Positions 27,549 through 37,032 of a stretch of 64,000 nt of DNA are shown piece by piece. The notes below the pieces were generated by a model. The model did no database searches, was not told the origin of the DNA, and saw only the letters and a program-made list of their open reading frames with translations. The DNA is from Aminipila sp. (GTDB taxonomy: Bacteria > Bacillota > Clostridia > Peptostreptococcales > Anaerovoracaceae), in the NCBI RefSeq assembly GCF_032051575.1, contig NZ_DAMBYD010000005.1, positions 153,528 through 217,527 on the forward strand, read 5' to 3'. How positions within the stretch are numbered: position 1 is the first letter of the stretch; each line of letters begins with the position of its first letter. The position numbers were made by a program, and so were the translations under genes.

Positions 27549-30281
27549 TTATTTTAAATCATACCAATTATCACCTTGATTTAACTCTACAGCAAGCTTT
27601 ATTTTAAGCTTCATTGCACTCTCCATACAATCTCTCAAAAGAATTTCAATTTCTTTTGTTTCTTCTTCAGCTGTTTCTATAATCAGTTCATCATGAACCT
27701 GTAAAATCAGTCTGGATTTTGCATTTTTCTTATTAAGCTCCCTATACACTTTAATCATTGCCAATTTTATTATATCAGCAGCACTTCCCTGTATAGGGCT
27801 ATTCATAGCAAGTCTTTCTCCAAGCTGCCTTACCATGTAATTACTTGCGTTTATCTCAGGGATAGCTCTTTTTCTTCCCATAATAGTAGCTGCATATCCC
27901 TTTTCTTTACAGAGTTGAATCTGTTCATCCATAAAGATTTTTACGTTAGGGTTCGTCTTAAAGTATTCATCTATATACTTTTCCGCCTCTTTCCTTGTAA
28001 TGTTTAATTCCCCAGAAAGTCCAAAACCACTCATTCCATATATTACTCCAAAATTTACAGCCTTTGCATTACTTCTCTGTAATGTTGTTACATCTTCTTC
28101 TGGAACCTTAAATACCCTTGCGGCCGTTATTCTGTGAATATCATCTCCGTCATTAAAAGCATTAATTAAATGCTGCTCTTCAGCCATATGTGCTAAAACT
28201 CGAAGTTCAATCTGAGAGTAATCCGCCCCAACCAAAGTAAAATTGTCGTCTGACACAAAAGCTTTTCTAAGTTTTCTTCCCAGTTCCTGTTTAATAGGAA
28301 TATTCTGTAAGTTAGGCTCTGTACAACTTATTCTTCCAGTAGCCGTTACTGTCTGCTGAAAATGAGCATGGATTCTTCCGTCCTCATGAACTAATGGAAG
28401 TAAACCATCAATATAAGTTCCCTTTAGCTTTGAAAGAGTTCTATATTCAAGGATGCAAGGAATTATGTCATGTTCATACTTAATTTTTTCAAGGATTTCT
28501 GCGTTTGTAGAGTAACCACGCTTTGTTTTCTTACCTGCAGGCAGTCCCATTTTTTCAAAAAGAATAACCCCCAGCTGTGCCGGAGAATTAATGTTAAATT
28601 CTTCCCCTGCATAACCATAAATGTTGCTTGTCAATATTTCTAATTGTTCAGAAATTGTTTCACCTGCAGTTGTCAGTTCTTTTTTGTCAAGCTTAAATCC
28701 GTAACATTCCATTGAAGCCATAGATTCTATTAAAGGAAGTTCTACGTCAAAATATACCTGTTCCAAATTTTCCTGTTTTAATCTGCTTTCTTGAATAAAT
28801 CTTAATTCTTCAAGAACTTCAGCCCACTTTTTAGTATATGCCAGGTAACTCTCGCTTGAATCTCCAAAAAGATTTATTTGTCCATTAGCAGCCATAAATT
28901 CTTCTACATTTTCAATCTCACTATGAAGTAATTCAAAAGCTACAGTTTTCAATTCATAATTGCTTTTTGACGGTTCCAAAACATATTGAGCGATGGCACT
29001 ATCAAAAACAGTATTAAAGAAAAAGCCCTGTTCATTAGGAATTTTTTGAGTTTTTGAGTTTAACAGTACTGTTAAAAGTACATAGTAATCATTTATTAAA
29101 TAATATCCATATATTTTTAAGCTTTTTTCCACCATCCCAACTGCAAATTTCTTCAAAATATCAATATTTCCATCAGAGTCAATAAAAGCAATTACATTTG
29201 TTGACATAATTCCAATACCGTACACCATTGGTGCTGCCTTGTGATTATTGTCAGAATAAACCTTTATTGCTACTTCTTCTTGATTCTGTAGTTCTGCTAA
29301 AAATTTTTCTAATTCTTCCATAGAAGAAATTTTAATTAGTCTTTTTTCTACTCTTTCAAACTTTTGGATTTCAGTAGTCTTTTCAGAAAGTTTGTCTGTA
29401 GCCACTGTTAAGTCCGTTAATTTCAAACGTTTTAGAAGACTATTAAATTCTAATTTCACATACACTTCAATTAATTTTTCATAGTCTGCTTCCTCCATTA
29501 GGTACTCAGAAAAATCAATATCAATAGGTACATGTGTATTAATAGTAGCAAGTCTTTTACTCATCATAGCGGATTGTGCATTTTCTTCGATTTTTTGTTT
29601 TAGCTTTCCATTAGCCATGTTATCAACACTACTAATAAGTTGCTCTACTGAACCATATTCTAAGATAAGTTTTTGAGCAGTTTTTTCGCCTACACCTGGA
29701 ATTCCTGGAATATTATCAGATTGATCTCCCATTAATCCTTTAAAATCAATAAATTGAGTTGGCGTAAATCCATATTTCTCTATCATCGCACTTTTATCAT
29801 AAATTTCAAATTCAGAAATTCCTTTTTTAGTAATCAAAACCTTAGTTTTGTCAGTAGCAAGCTGTAAAGCATCTTTATCTCCAGTTATAATTAAAGGTTC
29901 AAGCTGCTCTTCTTCCGCTGTTTTGGCAATCGTTCCAATCAAATCATCTGCTTCATATCCCTCAAGCTCTATAATCTTAATGTTCATAGCTTCAAGAACT
30001 TCTTTTAAAAGTGGGAACTGCATGGCTAATTCAGGAGGCATTTTTTTTCTTCCTGCTTTATATTCCTCATATTCAAGGTGTCTGAAAGTAGGTGCTTTCT
30101 TATCAAAAGTAACTACTATGTAACCTGGCTCATAGTCATTTTTTATTTTTGTGAGCATATTAAGAAAACCGTACACTCCCTGAGTGTACAGCCCATTTTT
30201 CGTCATCATAGGTCGTTGCATAGCATAATATGCCCTATTTATTAAACTGTTTCCATCTATAATTACAATTCTTTTTTCCAT
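27549..30281 (-). CDS. polA: DNA polymerase I
   Basis: 910 aa. The 5' nuclease N-terminus is IVIIDGNSLINRAYYA. Polymerase motifs DYSQIELRVLAH, RSNAKAVNFGVIYG and QVHDELI are present. Confidence 0.97.
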   Translation of the reverse strand: MEKRIVIIDGNSLINRAYYAMQRPMMTKNGLYTQGVYGFLNMLTKIKNDYEPGYIVVTFDKKAPTFRHLEYEEYKAGRKKMPPELAMQFPLLKEVLEAMNIKIIELEGYEADDLIGTIAKTAEEEQLEPLIITGDKDALQLATDKTKVLITKKGISEFEIYDKSAMIEKYGFTPTQFIDFKGLMGDQSDNIPGIPGVGEKTAQKLILEYGSVEQLISSVDNMANGKLKQKIEENAQSAMMSKRLATINTHVPIDIDFSEYLMEEADYEKLIEVYVKLEFNSLLKRLKLTDLTVATDKLSEKTTEIQKFERVEKRLIKISSMEELEKFLAELQNQEEVAIKVYSDNNHKAAPMVYGIGIMSTNVIAFIDSDGNIDILKKFAVGMVEKSLKIYGYYLINDYYVLLTVLLNSKTQKIPNEQGFFFNTVFDSAIAQYVLEPSKSNYELKTVAFELLHSEIENVEEFMAANGQINLFGDSSESYLAYTKKWAEVLEELRFIQESRLKQENLEQVYFDVELPLIESMASMECYGFKLDKKELTTAGETISEQLEILTSNIYGYAGEEFNINSPAQLGVILFEKMGLPAGKKTKRGYSTNAEILEKIKYEHDIIPCILEYRTLSKLKGTYIDGLLPLVHEDGRIHAHFQQTVTATGRISCTEPNLQNIPIKQELGRKLRKAFVSDDNFTLVGADYSQIELRVLAHMAEEQHLINAFNDGDDIHRITAARVFKVPEEDVTTLQRSNAKAVNFGVIYGMSGFGLSGELNITRKEAEKYIDEYFKTNPNVKIFMDEQIQLCKEKGYAATIMGRKRAIPEINASNYMVRQLGERLAMNSPIQGSAADIIKLAMIKVYRELNKKNAKSRLILQVHDELIIETAEEETKEIEILLRDCMESAMKLKIKLAVELNQGDNWYDLK

Positions 30282-31144
30282 ATTTTACCATCCTTACCGT
30301 AATACACGGCATCTTCCTTTATTTCTTTTCCCTCAGAATCGGTTGTAGAAATTGTTAGATCAATTATCCACATGTCATCATCATTCTTGGTATAAGAATT
30401 TACTTCATAGTTACTTTCAACCAAAAGTTCATCAAGTTGTTTTAAATAGCTATTAAGTTCTTCATCCGTATCTTGAACATTTATCGATTTGAGCATTTGA
30501 GATTCACCACCTGAATTAAGTGGTGCTTCGGCCTGCTTAGGGGCATTTCTCAATTCATTTACAGTACCAGTTCCAGCACTAGGACTTTCCTCAACAGGAG
30601 CTTTATCAGCAGAAAAAGTTTGACTATTATCTACAGATTGTTTTGGCTGAGTATTGGTCTTATCAGAAGAAGTCGAATGTTCAACATTTTCATTATTTTG
30701 ATTGTTTTGCTTCAACATTGTATCATTTGTTTGTGAATTTTCAGCTTTATCATCTGACACATAGTTATATTTTAAATTTTCTTTATTGAATTCATCTAAA
30801 TTATTATTATACAATATAACCGAGAATAAACCAACTAGAAAAACCGCAGCTATTGAATATATTCTTTTCCATTTAATACTTTTCTTTTTCTTCCTAGTAT
30901 CTTTTGAATTCCTGATATTTTTTCCTTCAACTACTAAAGCTTCATGAAGTCTCTTATGGAAGGCTTCAGGGACAGGGACATCTTCAAGACTTGCGAGCTC
31001 TGCAATTACAATTTTTAATTCTTGTACGTCTTTCCTGCATTGGGCACAGTTCTGTATATGTTCCTGTATTTCTTTCTTTATCTCTTCATCAAGTTCATTA
31101 TCAATAAATGCCGATAAAAGTTCTTGTACTTCTAAACAAGTCAT
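30263..31144 (-). CDS. Anti-sigma factor (zf-HC2) with one TM helix and a low-complexity extracytoplasmic region
   Basis: The N-terminus is MTCLEVQELLSAFIDNELDEE...HIQNCAQC (Hx3Cx2C). The TM helix is IYSIAAVFLVGLFSVILY. The gene follows an ECF sigma gene, and its 3' end overlaps the polA start by 19 nt. Confidence 0.7.
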   Translation of the reverse strand: MTCLEVQELLSAFIDNELDEEIKKEIQEHIQNCAQCRKDVQELKIVIAELASLEDVPVPEAFHKRLHEALVVEGKNIRNSKDTRKKKKSIKWKRIYSIAAVFLVGLFSVILYNNNLDEFNKENLKYNYVSDDKAENSQTNDTMLKQNNQNNENVEHSTSSDKTNTQPKQSVDNSQTFSADKAPVEESPSAGTGTVNELRNAPKQAEAPLNSGGESQMLKSINVQDTDEELNSYLKQLDELLVESNYEVNSYTKNDDDMWIIDLTISTTDSEGKEIKEDAVYYGKDGKIWKKEL

Positions 31145-31223
31145 CCGATATCTCCTTTCCTATAATTTCATTTATTTATTTTAGACGAAAATTTAATGGT
31201 TTTGTTCCATTTTGATATTTTTT

Positions 31224-31799
31224 TCAATCTGAGTTGTTAGTTAAATATACTTCTTTAAAATTATTTCGTGCTCTAGATATTCGTGATTTAACGGTTCCTA
31301 TAGAGCATTCCAATATTTCTGAAATTTCCTCATATGTAAATCCTTTTATATCTCTTAAAACAATGATTTCTCTATGATCTATAGGTATTTTCTCTAGGCA
31401 ATCTAATATATATTCACTATGTTCTTTATTTAATATAACCGCTTCGGGTGGAGGTGTATTGTCAGGAATATCCAATTCTTTTTCATGATCATTTTCATCT
31501 AAAAGAACCGAGATTTCATTATGCTTGTTTTTGTTTTTTCGCAGAAAATCATTGCACGTATTGACGACTATACGATATACCCAGGTTTCAAATTTACTTT
31601 CTTCATTAAACTTAGACAAGTTCCGAAATATTTTTATAAAGCTCTCTTGTAATACATCCAAAGCGTCATTCTCATTTTTTACATATCGTAAAGCAATATT
31701 ATATGCTTTTCCTTTGCACGACAAAATGAGGGCTTCAAAACTACCCTCGTCTCCTTCTTTAGCTTTTTTAATTAGTAAGCTTTCCTTCTCAGAAATCAT
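31224..31799 (-). CDS. ECF-type RNA polymerase sigma factor (sigma-70 family, regions 2 and 4)
   Basis: 191 aa. Region 2 is DALDVLQESFIKIFRNL...TWVYRIVVN. Region 4 HTH is YEEISEILECSIGTVKSRISRAR. Confidence 0.85.
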   Translation of the reverse strand: MISEKESLLIKKAKEGDEGSFEALILSCKGKAYNIALRYVKNENDALDVLQESFIKIFRNLSKFNEESKFETWVYRIVVNTCNDFLRKNKNKHNEISVLLDENDHEKELDIPDNTPPPEAVILNKEHSEYILDCLEKIPIDHREIIVLRDIKGFTYEEISEILECSIGTVKSRISRARNNFKEVYLTNNSD

Positions 31800-31952
31800 A
31801 ACGTCATGCTCTTTTCAATCTATCATTTTTATGATAATATATAGATTTAATATTACACATTAAATATTAGCTCTTTAAATTTTAATATAACGAAAAGCCA
31901 ATATATTTTATTATACCAAAATTTACTCATATTGCACAAGGAGATTATAAAC

Positions 31953-32753
31953 ATGTACGATTATCATACTCATTCTTTTTTTTCTGATGATTGCGGTATA
32001 CCAACAAAAGATATGATAGAAGCCGCTATTCTAAAAGGAGTTAAGGAAATGGCTATCACAGATCATTATGATCCTGATTACCCTGACTCTGAATATCCTT
32101 TTATTATAGCCTTTGAAAAATATCATGAAACATTATTAAAGGTAACAGAAGAATATAAAGATAAAATAAAAATAATTAAAGGACTTGAAATAGGCATACA
32201 ACATGGAGAAACTATGCATAAATGCCGCACTGCTGCTAATTCATTCCCTTATGATTTTTTACTGGGTTCTTTCCACTGTACAGATAATAAGGACCTATAT
32301 ATGGGATATTTTACAGAAGGTGTTGATATACCTAAAGCCTTTGAAAGGTATTATGAATATGCTTTTGAATGCTTAAAAGATTATACTGATTTTGATGTTA
32401 TGGGCCATATAAATGTAGTAGATCGATATGTTCCCTTTGATAAAATACCAAAATATACACCTTATATGGATACGATTGAATCCATTTTAAAAAGATTAAT
32501 TGAGAATAATAAAGGCATTGAATTTAATTCATCCTGTTATAGATATCTTTCACAGGGAAGAACTACACCTACACTAGAAATTTTATCTTTATATAAAGAT
32601 TTGGGCGGTGAAATTATAACTTTTGGTTCTGATTCTCACAATCCTAGCTGTATAGCAGGCCACTACAAGGATGGTATTGAACTCCTTAAAAAAATTGGAT
32701 TCAAATATCTCTCTACATTTGACAATAGAAAAGTTAATTTTGTGAAACTATAG
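31953..32753 (+). CDS. PHP-family histidinol-phosphatase (HisJ/HisK type)
   Basis: MYDYHTHSFFSDD... and ITDHYD are PHP metal-binding motifs. I set the start at ATG 31953, which follows AAGGAG; the track start at 31932 is a TTG inside the SD region. Confidence 0.75.
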   Translation: MYDYHTHSFFSDDCGIPTKDMIEAAILKGVKEMAITDHYDPDYPDSEYPFIIAFEKYHETLLKVTEEYKDKIKIIKGLEIGIQHGETMHKCRTAANSFPYDFLLGSFHCTDNKDLYMGYFTEGVDIPKAFERYYEYAFECLKDYTDFDVMGHINVVDRYVPFDKIPKYTPYMDTIESILKRLIENNKGIEFNSSCYRYLSQGRTTPTLEILSLYKDLGGEIITFGSDSHNPSCIAGHYKDGIELLKKIGFKYLSTFDNRKVNFVKL

Positions 32754-32772
32754 AAAAGAAGGAAAATAATTT

Positions 32773-34068
32773 ATGATTAATTTAATTAATATTATTATTG
32801 TATTGTTACTTGTGTTCATGAATGCATTTTTTGTGGCTACAGAATTTGCCATGGTAAAAGTCAGAAAGTCAAGAATAGAGACCTTAGCTGATAATGGAAA
32901 TCATAGTGCAAAACATACTTTAACTATTGTAAGAAATTTAAATTCATATTTATCTGCATGTCAGCTAGGCATCACTTTAGCATCTCTAGGCTTAGGATGG
33001 GTTGGCGAGCCTGCAATCGCTAAAATGCTGGAACCTCTGTTTGAATTATTAAATATTTCAACTAGCATGGTCCATTCAATCTCATTTATTCTGGGATTTT
33101 CCATTATTACTGCCTGTCATATTGTTCTTGGCGAATTAGTTCCCAAATCACTGGCAATTATTACTGCTGAAAAAATTGCATTATATACTGCTCTGCCGTT
33201 AATCATGTTTTATAGAGCAACATATCCGATTATGTGGGCCTTTAATCATACTACTAATTTGATTTTAAAGATTGTTGGTCTTTCACAAGTTGATGAACAC
33301 GAAGCAGCACATACTGACCAAGAAATAAAACTGTTAGTTGAGGAAAGCTATAAACAGGGTTTGGTTGATAAGACAGAGTTAGCCCTTATTGATAATATTT
33401 TTGATTTTTCCGAGACAACCGTGAAAGATGTAATGATTCCCCGCACTGATATGTCATGTATTTTTATTGAAAACTCTTTTGAGCAAATTCTATCATATGC
33501 CTTAGAAAGACAACTGACTAGATATCCAATATGTAAAAAAGACAAAGATCATGTTATCGGCTTTGTGCATATTAAGGATTTATATAAGCAAAAAATCCTG
33601 GGAGGTAATCAAAATATAGAGGACATTATTCGTAATGTTAACTTTGTTCCAGAATCTATGTCAATCAGTCAATTATTAAAAATATTTAAAAAGGAAAAAG
33701 CCCAAATTGCTATAATAATTGATGAGTATGGTGGAACTTGTGGATTAGTAACCATTGAAGATGTTCTAGAAGAGATTGTTGGAGAAATTCAGGATGAGTT
33801 TAATGCAGAATGTAGTGAAATTACAGAAAATGAAGATGGTAGTTACATGGTAGTTGGCAAAGCCCGTCTTGAAGACATCGAAGAATTGTTAGATATAAGC
33901 ATTGGCGCTGAAAATATCGATACCATCGGAGGGTGGGCATTTTCACAGTTGAATTCAAACCCAGAGGTTAACGATAAATTTATTTATCAGGATTATGAAT
34001 TTATCATATCGAACTGTGATCAAAGAAGAATAATTCAACTTTTAATTAAAAAAGTAGAGAGCATGTGA
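32773..34068 (+). CDS. HlyC/CorC (CNNM) family transporter, second paralogue
   Basis: 431 aa with DUF21 (FFVATEFAMVKVR), a CBS pair (VMIPRTDMSCIFIEN) and CorC_HlyC (ITENEDGSYMVVGKARLEDIEELL). Confidence 0.85.
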   Translation: MINLINIIIVLLLVFMNAFFVATEFAMVKVRKSRIETLADNGNHSAKHTLTIVRNLNSYLSACQLGITLASLGLGWVGEPAIAKMLEPLFELLNISTSMVHSISFILGFSIITACHIVLGELVPKSLAIITAEKIALYTALPLIMFYRATYPIMWAFNHTTNLILKIVGLSQVDEHEAAHTDQEIKLLVEESYKQGLVDKTELALIDNIFDFSETTVKDVMIPRTDMSCIFIENSFEQILSYALERQLTRYPICKKDKDHVIGFVHIKDLYKQKILGGNQNIEDIIRNVNFVPESMSISQLLKIFKKEKAQIAIIIDEYGGTCGLVTIEDVLEEIVGEIQDEFNAECSEITENEDGSYMVVGKARLEDIEELLDISIGAENIDTIGGWAFSQLNSNPEVNDKFIYQDYEFIISNCDQRRIIQLLIKKVESM

Positions 34069-34095
34069 GGCGGCTATAAAAGCCGCCTTTTATTT
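34069..34095 (+). terminator. Intrinsic terminator after the second CNNM gene
   Basis: GGCGGCT-ATAAA-AGCCGCC is followed by TTTTATTT. Confidence 0.7.
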
Positions 34096-34099
34096 AATA

Positions 34100-35059
34100 T
34101 TAAAAATCACATGCTGCTTTTAGCCCATATGCGGGTTCTGCATTTAATACAGCACTATTTATAGCTTTAGCCATTACATGGGTTGCTAATGCACCCAGGG
34201 AGTCTGGAGCTGCATCTACTTCACCTGTTGCCATAACAAATACAGAATCACCATCTGCCGAAGTATGGACCGGTCTTATTGCTCTAGCGTATCCATTATG
34301 ACTAATAGAGGCTAATTTATTCGCCTGGGGTTTTGTCAGTCTGGCATTGGTAATGATACACCCAATAGTAGTATTACCGCTAAATACATTTCTGGAAGCT
34401 GATATCTCAGACAGCATAATCTCTTCTGTATTTGCAATTCTAGCTTTATCTTCGCTTAAAATTCCTGCAATTCTTTTACCTGTTTCAATATCAAGCACAT
34501 CTCCCAGAGCATTAACAGCAACTACTGCCGCACATTGTATTTCCCCTGCCTGTACAGCATAAATACCAAGTCCGCTTTTCATAAGTCTTTCTATTCCTAA
34601 AAATTTTCCTACAGTTGCTCCTGTGCCTGCGCCCACATTACCCTGTGCTGGATTATTTTGTTCTGAGGCAATACAAGCGGCATACCCCATATCCTTATCA
34701 GGTCTGCATTTGCTATCTCCCACGATTAAATCAAATAGAGATGCTCCACATACAATAGGTACTACTCCAACTCCTACATCAAAGCCAATGTTTTTCTTCT
34801 CTAAATAAGCCATTGCTCCAGAGCAGGCATCAAGTCCATAAGAACTACCCCCGCTTAACATGACACAATGTATCTGCTGCACCATATTTTCAGATTTCAG
34901 GAGGTCGGTTTCTCTTGTGGCAGGTCCACCGCCACGAACATCAACCCCTGCCCATGCTCCCTTTTCACATATGATAGCAGTACAGCCCGTGCCGCCTTCC
35001 ATGGACTGGGCGTGTCCTATCCTAACACCTTTTATTTCATTTATGTTAATCTCTTTCAT
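34100..35059 (-). CDS. P1/S58 family peptidase (DmpA-type L-aminopeptidase/D-esterase)
   Basis: The segment GVRIGHAQSMEGGTGCTAII...VDVRGGGPATRETDLL is typical of DmpA/S58. I set the start at ATG 35057-35059 (MKEIN...), 9 nt after GGAGG. Confidence 0.8.
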   Translation of the reverse strand: MKEININEIKGVRIGHAQSMEGGTGCTAIICEKGAWAGVDVRGGGPATRETDLLKSENMVQQIHCVMLSGGSSYGLDACSGAMAYLEKKNIGFDVGVGVVPIVCGASLFDLIVGDSKCRPDKDMGYAACIASEQNNPAQGNVGAGTGATVGKFLGIERLMKSGLGIYAVQAGEIQCAAVVAVNALGDVLDIETGKRIAGILSEDKARIANTEEIMLSEISASRNVFSGNTTIGCIITNARLTKPQANKLASISHNGYARAIRPVHTSADGDSVFVMATGEVDAAPDSLGALATHVMAKAINSAVLNAEPAYGLKAACDF

Positions 35060-35111
35060 AGTGCTCATCCTCCAAAACAATTATGGTACTTTATAAGTTC
35101 GTTTACTATAA

Positions 35112-36752
35112 CTAGACCAAAATTCGAATAGCAACAATTAATGCTAAGATAACACCAACAACTGCTTCGCCACCAAGTAATCCTGACGCAATGATTGAGC
35201 CGGTGCCCTTCTTTTCAAATTCCGGAAACACTTTATCTGCAAATAGTCTAAGCATTCCACCTATAAATGCTGTAGCAGATAAATAAAATGGCAAGTATAC
35301 TCCCAGACCTAGAGTCATAACAGGGAAATTTACACAATATAGTATTACCGCTAAAACTAATCCTATTATAAATGCTGGCATATGTGATATGCCCCCTACC
35401 ATAGCTGCCACAGCACTGGCCTGTGCAGCAGGAAAAATCTCTGTTCCAAATACATGAGGACCATAAGCGTTCACAATAATCAAAAGGACTGCGACAGATA
35501 CAAAGGCACCTATAATTGAGCCTACAGCTTCTGCAATCCATTGGGCTTTTGGGTCTGTATTTAATATATACCCTGCTTTAAAATCATTCATAACATCCCC
35601 TACAAGACCACAGGCAACGGCAACGGCAGCTGCAACCAAAAATGCTTCTGTTTGACCTATACTTGAAACTGCTTTAGCCGCAATTAGTACGATTATACCA
35701 AATATCTCCATAGGATTTATACCTGATTGACCAACACACTGCGCAGACATTGCTGTTGCCAGCCATATACCAAGTATAGTTATAATGGAGGCGACAATGC
35801 CCATATTAGCTAAGATTGTAAAGAGAAAAGCAATTACCATCATGACAATTGGCGCCCATCTTAGATGTACAATACTATCACCTATACTATCTTTTTTAAA
35901 CATTGCGCCAAAAATTTCTTTTGCTTTAGGTAATATTCCTTTTATGATAATGCCTATACCCGTTCCAACCATTAAACCTATTCCTAAAGAAGCTTTTACT
36001 GAAGAGGCTGTAGCTGCATCCCATATACCAAAATACTGGCCCCCTATCAAAATACCAAAGTCTCCTATTATAGCGCCTACAAACCATATTCCAATAAATA
36101 AAGGTCCAATTATGTATCCAACGGAAATAAGCATTGGAGATAGCCAAATGCCCCCATAAGACCCATATGAAACCATCTTAGAATTCATAAAAGTTGCAGG
36201 AATTTTTCCAAGACTGTCTCTTAACACAGTAAAAATAGCACCAACCCCCATAGAAGCAAACAACATAACGGCTTTTTTACCTCCTGCATCACCTATTATC
36301 AGGGCTTCTGCTGCTGCTTGCCCCATAGGATAAGGAAGTTCCTTAGTAACAACAAAATATTTTCTAATTAGTGATGTAAATATCAGTCCCAATATTACAC
36401 CACCCAAAGTTATTATTATAAGCGTTAATGGTTTGATTTCTGCATCTGGATTTAGCATCCAGATACCAGGCAATGTAAAAGCTAAACCTCCTGCTACCAT
36501 TGCACCAGCTGACATAGCTGTATGAGTAACATTGATTTCATTGATATTGGTGGTTCCACATGCTTTCAGTGCAAACATAGAAACAAGAGCAACAAACATA
36601 ATTGGCCAGGGTAAGGAACTAAGCTTTAGTGCAACAAACATAGAACTCATGGTCAAAATTATTGCACCAACGCTGCCAATAATTAATCCTCTGGCAGTTA
36701 TTTGTTCTTTATAAGAACTAGCATACTTTACTTTAGTGTTTTGTGAAGACAT
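35112..36752 (-). CDS. OPT-family oligopeptide transporter
   Basis: 546 aa with about 14-16 TM helices, glycine-rich. The N-terminal ITARGLIIGSVGAIILT and overall pattern match bacterial OPT superfamily proteins. It is co-oriented with the S58 peptidase gene. Confidence 0.8.
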   Translation of the reverse strand: MSSQNTKVKYASSYKEQITARGLIIGSVGAIILTMSSMFVALKLSSLPWPIMFVALVSMFALKACGTTNINEINVTHTAMSAGAMVAGGLAFTLPGIWMLNPDAEIKPLTLIIITLGGVILGLIFTSLIRKYFVVTKELPYPMGQAAAEALIIGDAGGKKAVMLFASMGVGAIFTVLRDSLGKIPATFMNSKMVSYGSYGGIWLSPMLISVGYIIGPLFIGIWFVGAIIGDFGILIGGQYFGIWDAATASSVKASLGIGLMVGTGIGIIIKGILPKAKEIFGAMFKKDSIGDSIVHLRWAPIVMMVIAFLFTILANMGIVASIITILGIWLATAMSAQCVGQSGINPMEIFGIIVLIAAKAVSSIGQTEAFLVAAAVAVACGLVGDVMNDFKAGYILNTDPKAQWIAEAVGSIIGAFVSVAVLLIIVNAYGPHVFGTEIFPAAQASAVAAMVGGISHMPAFIIGLVLAVILYCVNFPVMTLGLGVYLPFYLSATAFIGGMLRLFADKVFPEFEKKGTGSIIASGLLGGEAVVGVILALIVAIRILV

Positions 36753-36793
36753 TTTTCCCTCCTTAAATAAGAAATGTCCGCCCTTTTCCTCAT

Positions 36794-36822
36794 AAAAAAA
36801 GCAGCCTGATTGAATCAGCTGC
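36794..36822 (-). terminator. Intrinsic terminator inside the 5' leader of the OPT/S58 operon (candidate attenuator)
   Basis: On the minus strand GCAGCTGATT-CAA-TCAGGCTGC forms a stem with one bulge followed by T7. It ends about 40 nt upstream of the OPT start codon. Confidence 0.6.
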
Positions 36823-36983
36823 CTATGTTTCTGAACTTAAAAACATTGAAAGAATCATGATACTAGATTCTTCATATTTTTCTTTAAATTTGTCAGTCCC
36901 ATTCCTTAGGATATAGGCTTCATAATAAAAAAATTAAATAATTTATATGGGTACAGTTACTGTTTATACTGTCCACGATAGTC

Positions 36984-37012
36984 AATATAGCATAAAAAAT
37001 GCAATAATTCAA
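36984..37012 (-). promoter_or_regulatory. Sigma-A type promoter of the OPT/S58 operon
   Basis: On the minus strand TTGAAT-17 nt-TATATT predicts a leader of about 225 nt. Confidence 0.5.
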
Positions 37013-37032
37013 TATTTATTGTAATTATTTTA

